DNA of 64,000 bases, taken from NCBI GenBank assembly GCA_035501775.1, contig DATJVM010000092.1, forward strand, positions 2,480 to 66,479. Direction: 5' to 3'. The position numbers were made by a program, and so were the translations under genes. Positions 1-11,282 of the stretch are shown piece by piece (positions within the stretch are counted from its first letter, which is position 1; each line of letters starts with the position of its first letter). Source of the stretch: Gemmatimonadales bacterium (GTDB lineage: Bacteria; Gemmatimonadota; Gemmatimonadetes; Gemmatimonadales; GWC2-71-9). Below the pieces are notes generated by a model. The model did no database searches and was not told the origin of the DNA. It saw only the letters and a list, made by a program, of their open reading frames with translations.

Positions 1-72
1 GCGCTCCAGCCGCACAAGCCGGAGGCCGCCGATTCCGAAGAGGCGGCCGCCTCGGTCCCCGCCGAATCGTGA
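1..72 (+). CDS. 3' end of an unidentified upstream gene (last 23 codons, ...SVPAES*)
   Basis: Frame 1 is open from base 1 to TGA at 70-72. This stop overlaps the GTG start of the next gene (GTGA). Too short to identify. Confidence 0.3.
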   Translation, partial: ALQPHKPEAADSEEAAASVPAES

Positions 73-797
73 GCCTCATGCGCCTGCAGCGGGCCCTGGC
101 TCGCGCAGGTATCGCAAGCCGCCGCGCCGCCGAGGAGCTGATCGAAGCCGGCCGGGTGCGGGTCGACGGTCAGGTGGCGGTGCTGGGCATGAAGGTCGAC
201 CCGGCCGCCCAGCGCATCACCGTGAGCGGGCGGCCCATTCCGACCCTCGCTCAGCGCTGGCTGGCCTTCCACAAGCCGATGGGCGTCGTCACCACCGCGA
301 GCGACGAGCGCGGCCGGCCTTCCGTTCTCGACTTCATCAAGGACCCCCGGGGGCTCGCCTACGTCGGTCGCCTGGACGTCAATACGACCGGCCTCCTGCT
401 GCTCACCACCGACGGTGAGGCGGTGCACCGCCTGACCCACCCGCGTTATCGCATTCCCCGCAGCTACACCGCGCTGGTCCACGGCCGGCCCGCATCCGAG
501 ATTGCCGCCGCGGCAAACCGGCGCGTCGTCATCGACGGCGCTCCGGTAGTCCCGACTCGGGTGCGAGTGCGCCCCGGCAAGGAAGGGCGGAGTATCCTCG
601 ACGTCACGCTCACCGAGGGCCGCAATCGCATCGTGCGTCGTTGGTGCGAGGCCATGGGGCTCAAAGTGGAACGGCTCGCGAGACTGTCCTATGGCCCGGT
701 GCGCCTGGGCGACCTGGCCGTGGGTAGTTGGCGGCCGCTCACGCCCGCGGAGGAGGCCGGCATATACCGCGCGATCGGCCTGAAAGGAGGCGGGTAG
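69..797 (+). CDS. RsuA/RluB-family rRNA pseudouridine synthase
   Basis: N-terminal S4 RNA-binding motif (LQRALARAGIASRRAAEELIEAGRVRVDG). Catalytic-Asp motif GRLDVNTTGLLLLTTDGE. Confidence 0.9.
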   Translation: MSLMRLQRALARAGIASRRAAEELIEAGRVRVDGQVAVLGMKVDPAAQRITVSGRPIPTLAQRWLAFHKPMGVVTTASDERGRPSVLDFIKDPRGLAYVGRLDVNTTGLLLLTTDGEAVHRLTHPRYRIPRSYTALVHGRPASEIAAAANRRVVIDGAPVVPTRVRVRPGKEGRSILDVTLTEGRNRIVRRWCEAMGLKVERLARLSYGPVRLGDLAVGSWRPLTPAEEAGIYRAIGLKGGG

Positions 798-908
798 GCC
801 GTGAGCCCGGTCACAGTCGTCGGTGGGGCTGACAAGAGAGCGGGAGCCAACTATCCTCTTTTCAGGTGAGTACTTATTGAACGTCACCCTCTGACCGATC
901 ATGGGTCC

Positions 909-1892
<984 letters not shown>

Positions 1893-2011
1893 CGATCGGA
1901 ACCCGGGTTGCGCAATCGTCACGCACTCCGGGAGGTGCGCCGCCCCACCGGGACCGCGGGCTCCCGGGTCGCCTCGGTGCCCGCTTGTAGATCCGGCCCT
2001 TCACGCCCGCC

Positions 2012-2896
2012 ATGGCCGCCATCTCCCCCGAAGTCCTCAAGCAGGTCAAAGCGATCGAACTCCGCTCCCGCGGCATCGTCTCCTCGCTCTTCGCGGGGGA
2101 CTATCGCTCGGTGTTCCGCGGGCAGGGCATGGAGTTCGCCGAGGTGCGGCAGTACGAGCATGGGGACGACTTCCGCGCCATCGACTGGAACGTTTCGGCC
2201 CGGCTGGGCCACCCCTACGTCAAGACCTTCGTCGAGGAGCGGGAGATCACCCTCTTGCTGGTGGTCGACCAGTCCGGGTCCACTCATTTCGGCACGCCGC
2301 GGACCAAGGCCGCGGTCGGCATCGAGATCGCTTCGATCCTGGCGCTGGCCGCGGCCAACACCAACGATCGCGCCGGGGCGCTGCTCTTTGCCGACAAGGT
2401 GGAACGCGTCATTCCCCCCAAGAAGGGGAGGCGACACGCGTTGCGGGTCATTCGTGACCTCGTCGCCTTTCGGCCGGAGGGCCGGCGGACCAACCTGGCG
2501 GTCGCCCTCAAGTATGCCACCGAGTTGCTGAAGCACCGGAGCATCGTGGTCGTATTGTCCGACTTTCTGGCCGAAGGGTGGGAGCAGCCGCTCCGCCAGC
2601 TGGGCGTCCGTCACGACGTCGTGGCGGTGGCCGTCGAGGACCCACGGGAGACTGACCTGCCGGACGCCGGCTGGCTCGATCTCGTGGATGCGGAGACCGG
2701 GGGCCGGCGCCTGGTGGACACCAGCGACCGCCAGGTGCGTGGCCGTCTCCGCGCCCTCGCCGAACGCCGGCGGGAGGAGCGGGGAAGGGCGTTCACTACC
2801 GCGAATGTGGATCAGGTCATGATCTCCACCCACGCGGACTACACGGCGGCGCTCCGCCGTGCGTTCGCGCAGCGCGCCCGGCGGCTGCAGCGTTGA
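2012..2896 (+). CDS. DUF58 (VWA-like) protein, MoxR partner
   Basis: FRAIDWNVSARLG motif and VVDQSGS VWA-like segment. Canonical position directly after MoxR. Confidence 0.85.
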   Translation: MAAISPEVLKQVKAIELRSRGIVSSLFAGDYRSVFRGQGMEFAEVRQYEHGDDFRAIDWNVSARLGHPYVKTFVEEREITLLLVVDQSGSTHFGTPRTKAAVGIEIASILALAAANTNDRAGALLFADKVERVIPPKKGRRHALRVIRDLVAFRPEGRRTNLAVALKYATELLKHRSIVVVLSDFLAEGWEQPLRQLGVRHDVVAVAVEDPRETDLPDAGWLDLVDAETGGRRLVDTSDRQVRGRLRALAERRREERGRAFTTANVDQVMISTHADYTAALRRAFAQRARRLQR

Positions 2897-3696
2897 TGCT
2901 TCTCCTTCTCCTGGCGCTGCAGGTGCCCCTCCCGACGGTCGGCGACACCATCTGGCTCGAGCGGTCGGTGGAGCTGCCTCCCGGTGCCACTATCCGCCCC
3001 GCGGCCTGGGACCCGGAAGGAGACATCGCGCTGCTCGGCCGCCCGGTGGTTCGGCAGGAAGGCACCGTGGCCACCGTAGCGTACCCCGCGGTGGCCTGGA
3101 GCGCGGGCACCCGGACCATTCTCGTCCCCGGCCCCATCGTGATCCACCGCGACGGCGTCACCGATTCGCTCCCGGCGGAACCGCGCACCATCGAAGTGGC
3201 CAGCGTGCTTCCGGCCGGCGAGGCGCCGGGACAGATCGGGGTGCGCCCCGAGTTGGGGATCGTGCCGGAACGAGTCCGCTCGGCCTGGCCCCTGGTCGGT
3301 GCGCTGGCGCTCGCGCTGCTCCTGTTCCTGCCCCTGGCCTGGTGGTGGCGTCGCCGAGGGCCCGTGGCGGTGGTTCGTTCGCCGTTGTCGGGGTCGCCCG
3401 AGCCTCCGGTCGCGGAGTGGAGTGAGGCGGGGGAACCGCGCGCGGTGGCCGCGGCCGCGGCCCGCGCGCTGCGCGGTGCAATCACCTCGCACCTGCCCGG
3501 CACGGCCCCGGGGCTCGTGACCTCGCGGCTGGTGCGGACCGTGGATGAGCAGCGCCCCTCGTGGCCCACCGCCGAAATCGCGCTGGTGCTCCGGTCGCTC
3601 GAATCGGCCCAGTACGCCGGCGTCGCCAACGGCGACGTGGTGGACCTCGCGCAACGAGCCCAGGCCATTCGCGCCCGCCTGGAGGCGTCCGCGTGA
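2893..3696 (+). CDS. DUF4381-like membrane protein of the Bat operon
   Basis: N-terminal hydrophobic leader. Central TM segment followed by WWWRRRG. Lies between the DUF58 and BatA genes. TTG/ATG start overlaps the DUF58 stop. Confidence 0.6.
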   Translation: MMLLLLLALQVPLPTVGDTIWLERSVELPPGATIRPAAWDPEGDIALLGRPVVRQEGTVATVAYPAVAWSAGTRTILVPGPIVIHRDGVTDSLPAEPRTIEVASVLPAGEAPGQIGVRPELGIVPERVRSAWPLVGALALALLLFLPLAWWWRRRGPVAVVRSPLSGSPEPPVAEWSEAGEPRAVAAAAARALRGAITSHLPGTAPGLVTSRLVRTVDEQRPSWPTAEIALVLRSLESAQYAGVANGDVVDLAQRAQAIRARLEASA

Positions 3697-4667
3697 GCTT
3701 TGCCCGCCCGTGGCTCCTCCTGCTGCTCCTCTTCCCCTTCGCCTGGTGGTGGTGGCGGAGGTCGCGGCCCGCCTCCGGGACGGGGTACAGCGATCTCCGC
3801 CTGGTGAGCCTGGTCCGCGAAGCCCGGTGGCTGGGCCGCCTCCCCATGTGGTGCCGGGGCTTCGCCTACGGCGCCTGGGTTCTGGCCGCCGCCGGACCGC
3901 GGCTGGGCGGCGCCCGGGTGGAACAGAAGAAGGAAGGCATCTCGATCGTGATCGCGGTGGACATCTCGAGCAGCATGCTGGCCGAGGACTTCGCGCCGTC
4001 CAACCGCCTGGAGGTCGCCAAGCAGCAGGCCATCCAGTTCATCGAGGGCCGGAGCGCCGATCGGATCGGCGCCGTCGCCTTTGCCGGCGAGGCGCTGACC
4101 CTCGCCCCGATCACCGTGGACTATCCGGTGCTCGAAAAGGCCATCTCGGAGCTGCACATCGGGATGCTGGAGGATGGGACCGCCATCGGCACCGGCCTCT
4201 CGACGGCGATCAATCGCCTGCGTGAGGCGCCCGGCAAGTCGAAGGTGATTCTCCTCCTCACCGACGGCGTGAACAACCGTGGAACGGTGGACCCGCGAAC
4301 CGCTGCCGCGGCCGCCGCGGCGCTCGGCATCCGGGTGTATACGATCGGCGTGGGCACCGAAGGCGAGGCGCCGATCCCCACCGGGCGCGGGCTCTCCGGG
4401 TTCCGATACGAGGTGCTGCCGGTCGAGATCGACGAGGATCTGCTCCGTGATATCGCCGCCACGACCGGCGCGCGGTACTTCCGGGCCAAGGACTCCGAGG
4501 CCCTCAGCCGGATCTTCAAGCAGATCGACGGCCTCGAGAAGACCCCGATTCACGTCACCCGGTACGTGAAGTACGAGGAGTTTTCGAAGCCGCTGGTGCT
4601 GGTAGGCCTCCTGGGGCTGGCGCTCGAGCTGCTGCTCAACGCCACACTGGTGGTGCGCACGCCATGA
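3693..4667 (+). CDS. batA: BatA-like VWA-domain membrane protein
   Basis: N-terminal TM (WLLLLLLFPFAWWWWRR). VWA MIDAS DISSSM. C-terminal TM. GTG at 3693 overlaps the previous stop (GTGA). The track start at 3561 lies inside the preceding gene. Confidence 0.85.
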   Translation: MSFARPWLLLLLLFPFAWWWWRRSRPASGTGYSDLRLVSLVREARWLGRLPMWCRGFAYGAWVLAAAGPRLGGARVEQKKEGISIVIAVDISSSMLAEDFAPSNRLEVAKQQAIQFIEGRSADRIGAVAFAGEALTLAPITVDYPVLEKAISELHIGMLEDGTAIGTGLSTAINRLREAPGKSKVILLLTDGVNNRGTVDPRTAAAAAAALGIRVYTIGVGTEGEAPIPTGRGLSGFRYEVLPVEIDEDLLRDIAATTGARYFRAKDSEALSRIFKQIDGLEKTPIHVTRYVKYEEFSKPLVLVGLLGLALELLLNATLVVRTP

Positions 4668-6298
4668 CCGTCGACTCGCCGGGCTTGCTGGTGCTCGCCC
4701 CGGTCCTGGGAGCGGCGGTCGGGGCGGTGGCGCTGCTCGCGCGCCGGCGGCGGATCTCCCGGGCGGCCGCCTGGTCGGACGACCTGGCCCAGCGCGCACG
4801 CGCGACCGGACGCTGGGCTCCGCTCCTGCTGGGCCTCGCCGGCCTGGTGGCGGGCGTCGGCCTGGCCGGCCCGAGAGGAGGCCCCTCCTCGGTCAAGACG
4901 GAAACTCAATCGCTGTCCGTGGTGCTCGCGGTCGACATCAGTCGCTCGATGCTCGCCGAAGACACCCATCCCAGCCGGCTCAAGCGCGCCATCCAGGAGG
5001 CGCACCGCCTGGTGCAGGATCTCGGCCAGGATCGCATCGGCCTCATCGGCTTCGCGGGGCGGAGCTACATCCTGAGCCCGCTCACGCTGGACGGTGGCGC
5101 CATCACGCTCTTCCTCGACGGCATGTCGCCCGAAATGGCGAGCCAGGGCGGGACCGGCCTGGCGTCGGCGCTCAACCAGGGGCGGCAGCTCCTCAACGCC
5201 TCGCGGGAGGCGGGCGACCGGGTGCTGGTCCTGTTCACCGATGGCGAGGCGCACGATTCCCTGCCGGACGTCCTGGCCGCGGCGCGCCAGCTCAAGGAGC
5301 AGCAGATTCGCCTGGTCCTAGTCGCGGAAGGGGAAACCAAGCCGGTCACCATCCCGCTTCGGGATAGCACCGGCGCCATCACCGAATACAAGACCGATGA
5401 CGCCGGGAAGACCGTCCTCACCTGGCGCCGTGATGACATCCTGCAGCAGGTGGCAGACGGAGCCGAAGGTGCCCTGGTGCCCGCAGACCTGCCCGATCAG
5501 GCGGGCGCGGTTCGCGAGCTGTTGAGCGCGTTCAAGCGAGCCCCGTTGAGCGCGTCCACCAATCAGGACCTGCTGCCCCTGGTCTGGATTCCCGCGCTTC
5601 TCGCCGCGATCCTCCTCGCCGCCCAGACCGTCACCCGCCGCACCGCGGCGCTGGTGGGTCTCGGGGGGCTGCTTCTGGTGTCGCGCCTCGATGCCCAGCG
5701 GCCGGCCCCCGGCGAGCGCGAGTTCGCGTCGGGAAACCTCGCGGGAGCGGTGCGGCGCCTGGCTGCGCGCCTCGCCCCGACCGCCTCGGACACAGTCTGG
5801 TACAACGCGGGGACGGCGTTCCTCGCCGACAGCCAGTACGAGGCCGCCAGCAAGGCGCTCGACCACGCCGCCCGCTCGCTCGACCCCGATCTGCGGTTTC
5901 GCGCGCTGTACAACGACGGCGTCGCGGCCCTGCTCAGCGCGGCGCGCGACAGCGCACGCCGTGACTCCCTGCTGGCGCTCGCGGCCGATCACCTCAAGCA
6001 GGCCCTCACGCTCGCCCCGACCAACGCATCGGCCAAGTGGAATCTCGAACTCGCCGAGCGGCGGCATCCCCCGCCGCCGAGCGGGGGAGGCGGCTCGAGC
6101 CCCAAGCAACCTCCACCGGGAGGCCAACGCCCGCCGGACCCGAGCCAGGGAAAGAACACGCCGGGGACAGCCATGCCTAACCTGTCCCCCTCACAGGCGG
6201 ACCAGATCCTGAATTCCGTCGCGCGAGAAGAGCTCGAAACGCGAAACCGTCGCCTCGGGAAGAGCTACTCGACTCCTCCGGGGGAGAAGGACTGGTAG
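4664..6298 (+). CDS. batB: BatB-like VWA protein fused to a TPR (BatC-like) region with a Pro/Gly-rich tail
   Basis: TM, then VWA MIDAS DISRSM. A second TM, then TPR-like helices (WYNAGTAFLADSQYEAASKALDHA). Tail PPPPSGGGGSSPKQPPPGG. ATGA overlap with batA. Confidence 0.8.
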   Translation: MTVDSPGLLVLAPVLGAAVGAVALLARRRRISRAAAWSDDLAQRARATGRWAPLLLGLAGLVAGVGLAGPRGGPSSVKTETQSLSVVLAVDISRSMLAEDTHPSRLKRAIQEAHRLVQDLGQDRIGLIGFAGRSYILSPLTLDGGAITLFLDGMSPEMASQGGTGLASALNQGRQLLNASREAGDRVLVLFTDGEAHDSLPDVLAAARQLKEQQIRLVLVAEGETKPVTIPLRDSTGAITEYKTDDAGKTVLTWRRDDILQQVADGAEGALVPADLPDQAGAVRELLSAFKRAPLSASTNQDLLPLVWIPALLAAILLAAQTVTRRTAALVGLGGLLLVSRLDAQRPAPGEREFASGNLAGAVRRLAARLAPTASDTVWYNAGTAFLADSQYEAASKALDHAARSLDPDLRFRALYNDGVAALLSAARDSARRDSLLALAADHLKQALTLAPTNASAKWNLELAERRHPPPPSGGGGSSPKQPPPGGQRPPDPSQGKNTPGTAMPNLSPSQADQILNSVAREELETRNRRLGKSYSTPPGEKDW

Positions 6299-6300
6299 CC

Positions 6301-8616
6301 ATGGTGTTCCTGCTCCTCGCCATCGCGCTCCAGCAGCAGCCCGAGGCGGGCCCGGCCAAGCCGCCCGAGGTAATGCTGGGCGTTGACCGGGACCGGGTCA
6401 CTGCGGGTGACATGCTCACCTTTACGGTGCATGTCGCCACCCAGTCCCCGGATCCGATCCAGGTGGATCTCCCCACGCTCGATGGCTTCGAGCTGGAGTC
6501 CCGCTCCGAGCGGAGCGATGTCATGCCGGGCCCCTCCGGCGGTCGAACCACCACGATCCGCCTCGAGCTTCGCGCCATGAGCCCCGGCGAGTGGCATCTG
6601 GGCCCCGTGACGGTGCACCAGGGCCCCACCAGCGCCCAGTCCGAGGCGGTCGCGGTAACCGTGGAGGGCGGAGGAAGCGCGCCGGTTACGGCCAGCCTGT
6701 CGAGCCGCCTCAGTCGGATCGTGCAGCACGCGCCGCCGCCTGACGCGCTCGGTCAGGCCGGGATCAGCGTGGTGGTATCCGATCCGGACGTGCTGGTGGG
6801 CGAGCAGGTCGATGTGGTCACGCTGGCGTGGTTCGAGCGGGGGCTGCGCCAGCAGCTGCGCCGGGCCCCGACGGTGGAATCGCCCACGATCGATGGCGTC
6901 TGGAGCTATCCGCAGCCGGTCCCGGGCGGGATCGCGGCCACCCGGCAGGTGGCGGGCAAGACCTACGATCTCTTCGTTCTCCACCAGGTGGTGTTTCCAC
7001 TTACGCCGGGTCGGGTGGCGGTGTCTCCCGCCCGCCTGCAGTACAGCGTCCCGCTCGCATACCAGTTCTTCAGTCAGGAAGAGTCCTACAAGATCGAGAC
7101 TCCGGGCACCAGCTTCCTGGTCCGGGCCCTCCCCGCGGATGGCCGGGATCCCGGCTTCGCTGGCGCCGTCGGTCATAATCTGGTGATCGCGCAAAGCGTC
7201 GATCCGGTCACCGGCCGACAGGGCGAGGCGTTCTCCGTGGAGGTGAAGGTCGAGGGGGAAGGGAACGTGGCCCTCTGGCCCGCACCGGATCTCGTGTGGC
7301 CGGCCTCCTTCCGGGTCTATCCCCAGGCTGCCGAAGAGCAGCTCACCATGCGTGATGGCAGGCTCTCGGGGATCAAGACGTTCCATTTTCTCCTGGTCGC
7401 GGATTCGGCCGGCGCCTTGAGCCTGCCGCCAATGCGATATGCCTATTTCGATCTGGTCGATCAGAAGTACAAGGTGACGCAGGGCACCGGCACCATGGTG
7501 ATCGTTGCGCCCCGGGACGAGGCCGTGGCATCGCGTGCGGCGCCGCCGCCTATGCGGTTGGGTTCGGCGCGGCCCCTCGCACTCGCGCTTCGGGAGGCGC
7601 TCCCGGGCGAGCTGTGGTTCATCATCGCGATCGCACCCGCACTCTTCTGGGTGGTCCGGCTGGTTCCGCGCCGGAGCCGGCGCCGCACCACGCTGGCCCC
7701 GGCCACCAATCCGCTGCGCGCGGCCGAGCTGCGGCTTGCCGCATTGCTGGGAGGCGGTGCCCTGGAGCCAGCCGAGGCCACCGAGGCCGAGCAGCTTCTG
7801 GCCCGCATCCGGGAAGCCCGCTTCGGCGGCGCTTCGGCCACGGTGAAGGTGCTGACCGAACGGGCGGAGGAGATGATCGCGCGGCTTCGCCCCCGCGCGA
7901 AAGCGGGTCGCCGCCGTTGGCGGGAGCGGACGGGGATATTCGCCACCCTGGCTCTCTGCGTGTCGGCGCGGGTGGCTCTCGGGCAGACCTCACCCGAGGC
8001 GTACTACAATGCCGGGGCCTATCGAGCCGCGGCGGATGGCTTCCGTCAGGAAGCGCTGGCCCAACCCGACGTCCCCGCCCACTGGTACAATCTGGGAGAC
8101 GCGGCATATCGGGCGGGGGATGATGCGGCCGCACTGGCGGCCTGGGTGCGGGCCGGTCGGCTGGCGCCACGGGATGGCACGGTGCGCCGCGCCTTGCTGC
8201 TGGTCGCGCCCGCGGACCAGCACGCGGGCAAGGCGCTCTGGATCGCTCCGGTGAGCCCCGATGAGCTGTGGCTGTTCGGCATCGTCGCATGGCTCGCGGG
8301 CTGGGGCGGCGCCTTCTGGAGCCGGCGGATGCGCGGCCGCTGGAGCGTCCTGCTGGGCGCTGGGGCGCTGCTCCTGGCCACGGCGTCGGCGCTGGACCAC
8401 TGGTATCGGCTCCCGACCGCTGTGGTGCGTCGCAACGAGCAGCTCCGCCTCTCCCCGCACGAACTGTCTCCCGCCGTCGGAGAAGTGGCCCAGCTGGGCA
8501 CGATCCGGCTGCTGCTCGACCGGCCCGGCTGGGTCGAGGTCGATGCCGGGGCGGGGCAGCTGGGGTGGATGCCCGAGGAGGCGGTGCAGTCCCTCTCTGG
8601 AGAGCCCTTCCGCTGA
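6301..8616 (+). CDS. BatD-like oxygen-tolerance protein fused to TPR + SH3-like (BatE-like) module
   Basis: Signal-like N-terminus. Long beta-rich BatD-type ectodomain. TM (WFIIAIAPALFWVV). TPR helices (YYNAGAYRAAADGF, WYNLGDAAYRAGD). More TMs. C-terminal SH3-like GWVEVDAGAGQLGWMPEEAV. Confidence 0.7.
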   Translation: MVFLLLAIALQQQPEAGPAKPPEVMLGVDRDRVTAGDMLTFTVHVATQSPDPIQVDLPTLDGFELESRSERSDVMPGPSGGRTTTIRLELRAMSPGEWHLGPVTVHQGPTSAQSEAVAVTVEGGGSAPVTASLSSRLSRIVQHAPPPDALGQAGISVVVSDPDVLVGEQVDVVTLAWFERGLRQQLRRAPTVESPTIDGVWSYPQPVPGGIAATRQVAGKTYDLFVLHQVVFPLTPGRVAVSPARLQYSVPLAYQFFSQEESYKIETPGTSFLVRALPADGRDPGFAGAVGHNLVIAQSVDPVTGRQGEAFSVEVKVEGEGNVALWPAPDLVWPASFRVYPQAAEEQLTMRDGRLSGIKTFHFLLVADSAGALSLPPMRYAYFDLVDQKYKVTQGTGTMVIVAPRDEAVASRAAPPPMRLGSARPLALALREALPGELWFIIAIAPALFWVVRLVPRRSRRRTTLAPATNPLRAAELRLAALLGGGALEPAEATEAEQLLARIREARFGGASATVKVLTERAEEMIARLRPRAKAGRRRWRERTGIFATLALCVSARVALGQTSPEAYYNAGAYRAAADGFRQEALAQPDVPAHWYNLGDAAYRAGDDAAALAAWVRAGRLAPRDGTVRRALLLVAPADQHAGKALWIAPVSPDELWLFGIVAWLAGWGGAFWSRRMRGRWSVLLGAGALLLATASALDHWYRLPTAVVRRNEQLRLSPHELSPAVGEVAQLGTIRLLLDRPGWVEVDAGAGQLGWMPEEAVQSLSGEPFR

Positions 8617-8650
8617 GCGGCCCGGCCGCCGCCTTATCTTTCAGGCCACT

Positions 8651-10372
8651 ATGCCGCGCCGCATTGCCATCCTGCCCGATACCGTTGCCGATCAGATCGC
8701 CGCGGGGGAGGTCGTGGAACGGCCTGCCTCCGCCGTCAAGGAGCTCGCCGAGAACGCGCTGGATGCCGGCGCGTCGCGAGTGCGGATCGAGCTGGAACAG
8801 GGCGGAAAGACGCTGATCGAGGTCAGTGACGACGGCTGCGGCATGGGCAGAGAGGATGCCGTGCTCGCCCTGGACCGTCATGCCACGAGCAAGATCCGGA
8901 GCGCGGCGGATCTGGTCGGGGTCGCTACGTTCGGCTTTCGAGGGGAGGCGCTCCCGGCGATCGCCTCGGTTTCCCGCATGCGGGTGACCACCTCGGAAGG
9001 GGAGGGCGAGGGCACCGAGATCGAGGTGAACGGCGGCCGGGTGGAGCGGGTGGACACGGTGGCGCGTCAGCGGGGCACCACCGTCACGGTCCGGAGTCTC
9101 TTCTTCAACACGCCGGCTCGCCGCAAGTTTCTCCGCTCCGCCTCGAGCGAGGCGCGCGCCTCCTGGGATGCGGTGGCCACCCTCGCGCTGGCGCACCCGG
9201 AAGCGGGCTTCGAGCTTCGGATGGACGGCAGGATACGCCTCGCGGTCCCTCCGGGGCAGGAACCGGTCGCGCGGCTGGAAGCGGTTTGGGGCGCGGAGAT
9301 CGCGCGGACGCTGGTGCCGGTCGAGTACGCGGCCGGGAGCTTCCGGATCAGCGGGTTCATCCAACGTCCCGGCGACGCCGCCCCCACCGGCCGGCGCGCC
9401 CAGCTGTTCATCAACGGCCGCCCCTTCCGCGACAACTTCCTCATCCGTGCGGCGGAAGCCGGATATCGCTCGGCCATTCATCCCGGGGACCGGCCCTCAC
9501 TCTTCCTGGAGATCGTAACGGCCCCGGAAGATGTCGACGTGAACGTGCACCCCGCCAAGCTCGAGGTACGGTTCCGGGACCGGATCGGCGCGGAACGGGT
9601 GACGGAGGAGGCAGTCCGGCATGCACTGGGGAGGCTCGACGCCGCGGCGGTGATGCGATCCGGTGGGGCCGCCCTCGGTGCCTCGGGTCCCGGCTGGGAG
9701 GCGTCGGAGAAGCGCCCCGCCCCCGACGCGGGCCCCATGCTCTTTGCCCCGGCCGAGGCCGAGCCCGCCGAATCACCGCGGGCTCTTGAAGCAGCAGAGG
9801 GTTTTCCCGGCCTCGTGGCCCAGGTCTTCGACACCTATCTCGTCTACGAGGGCCCGGATGGCATCGTCTTCGTGGATCAGCATTCGGCTCACGAGCGCGT
9901 GATTTACGAGGCGGTCATGCGGCGTTTCGCGGACGGAGGCTTGCCGGCGCAGCGCCTGCTCCTGCCCCTTACCCTCGAACTCACCGACGAGGAGATGGAT
10001 GCGGTCGAAAGCCACCGCGATGCCTTGGAGCGCATCGGCTTCGAAGTCGCGCCCTTCGGCGGGCGGACCGTGGCCCTCCACGCGGTGCCCGTCCCGCATC
10101 CGCGGTTCGACGCGGGGAGATGCTTCAAGGAGATGGTGGCGGATCTCGCGCGCGGACGGTTCGGCGGCTGGGCCAACCGCCTGGAGCGCTTTGCCGCCAC
10201 CTACGCCTGCCGGGCCGCAGTGAAGGGTGGCGACCCCCTCGATGACCGGGAGCGGCGCGAACTCCTGACGCGCCTCCTGGCCTGTTCGCTTCCGCCCCAC
10301 GACGTGCACGGCCGTTCCACGATCGTGCAGCTGCCCCGCGAGGAGTTGGAGCGTCGCTTTGGCCGGCGGTAG
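8651..10372 (+). CDS. mutL: DNA mismatch repair protein MutL
   Basis: GHKL ATPase N-terminus IAILPDTVADQIAAGEVVERPASAVKELAENALDAG. Also DDGCGM and a C-terminal dimerisation region. ATG at 8651. The earlier part of the track ORF overlaps the BatD gene. Confidence 0.93.
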   Translation: MPRRIAILPDTVADQIAAGEVVERPASAVKELAENALDAGASRVRIELEQGGKTLIEVSDDGCGMGREDAVLALDRHATSKIRSAADLVGVATFGFRGEALPAIASVSRMRVTTSEGEGEGTEIEVNGGRVERVDTVARQRGTTVTVRSLFFNTPARRKFLRSASSEARASWDAVATLALAHPEAGFELRMDGRIRLAVPPGQEPVARLEAVWGAEIARTLVPVEYAAGSFRISGFIQRPGDAAPTGRRAQLFINGRPFRDNFLIRAAEAGYRSAIHPGDRPSLFLEIVTAPEDVDVNVHPAKLEVRFRDRIGAERVTEEAVRHALGRLDAAAVMRSGGAALGASGPGWEASEKRPAPDAGPMLFAPAEAEPAESPRALEAAEGFPGLVAQVFDTYLVYEGPDGIVFVDQHSAHERVIYEAVMRRFADGGLPAQRLLLPLTLELTDEEMDAVESHRDALERIGFEVAPFGGRTVALHAVPVPHPRFDAGRCFKEMVADLARGRFGGWANRLERFAATYACRAAVKGGDPLDDRERRELLTRLLACSLPPHDVHGRSTIVQLPREELERRFGRR

Positions 10373-11282
10373 GACCCCGGTCATCCTTGGCCCCACCGGC
10401 ATCGGCAAGACCGCGGTGGCCTACGCGCTCACCCGGTACTGGCCCCTCGAGGTCATCTCGGCCGATTCGCGGCAGATCTATCGCCAACTCGATATCGGCA
10501 CCGCCAAGCCGCCGCGCCGCTGGCTGGCCAGGCTCCCTCATCACGGGCTCGATCTGGTGGAGCCAGGTGAGCGCTACAGCGCCGGTCGGTTCGCGCTGGA
10601 CGCGCCGCGCTGGATCGCCGACGTTCGGAGCCGGGGCCGGATGCCGGTTGTAGTCGGAGGGACCGGCCTGTACGTCAGGGCGCTCGCCGACGGACTCTTC
10701 GCCGAGCCGACGCTCGATCCGCTCCGTCGTCGTGACCTGGAACGCTGGACCGCTCTGCTCGAAGCCGGCGACCTGGTGCGGTGGGCGGCCCGGCTTGATC
10801 CAGGGTTCCGCGGCGGGGGGCGGCGGCGGGCCGCGCGGGCCATCGAGGTGGCGCTCCTGACCGGATGGCCGCTCAGCCATTGGCAGGCGCGGGCGCGTGG
10901 CGCGTCGGCGATCACACCGTGGTACGTGGTGCTCACCGCGCCGCGGCCTGTCCTGCATCAGCGGATCGCCAGCCGCGCGGAGGAAATGGTCCGGCGCGGG
11001 ATGATCGAGGAGGTGGCCGCCGTCCTGGCCGAGGGGCGCGCCCCCGGGGCACCGGGGCTCGACGCCATCGGCCCCCGCGAGGCCGTGGAGTATCTGCACG
11101 GGAGGCGCTCGCGTGAAAGCGTGGCCTCCGCCGTTGCCACCGCCACCCGCCAGTACGCCAAGCGGCAGGAGACCTGGTTCCGCCACCAGTTGGGCGGGCC
11201 GGTCCTGCTCCTGGACGCCACCCGGCCGCCGGAGGACGTCGCCGCCGAGATTGTCGCGCGCTGGCAGGGCGTGGCGGGGTGA
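10359..11282 (+). CDS. miaA: tRNA dimethylallyltransferase MiaA
   Basis: P-loop GPTGIGKT. SADSRQIYRQLDIGTAKP motif. TTG start overlaps the mutL end by 14 nt. Confidence 0.9.
   Translation: MAGGRTPVILGPTGIGKTAVAYALTRYWPLEVISADSRQIYRQLDIGTAKPPRRWLARLPHHGLDLVEPGERYSAGRFALDAPRWIADVRSRGRMPVVVGGTGLYVRALADGLFAEPTLDPLRRRDLERWTALLEAGDLVRWAARLDPGFRGGGRRRAARAIEVALLTGWPLSHWQARARGASAITPWYVVLTAPRPVLHQRIASRAEEMVRRGMIEEVAAVLAEGRAPGAPGLDAIGPREAVEYLHGRRSRESVASAVATATRQYAKRQETWFRHQLGGPVLLLDATRPPEDVAAEIVARWQGVAG

Noticed and set aside
2817-4799. 660-aa minus-strand ORF, with nested ORFs 2839..3654 and 3482..3847
   Set aside because: It is antisense to the DUF4381-like, BatA and BatB genes, which carry clear motifs. 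The product is Arg/Pro/Gly/Ala-rich low complexity, as expected for a stop-poor shadow frame in very GC-rich DNA.
7622-9481. 619-aa minus-strand ORF
   Set aside because: It is antisense to the BatD-like gene and mutL. It is extremely Arg/Pro/Ala-rich and has no recognisable motif.
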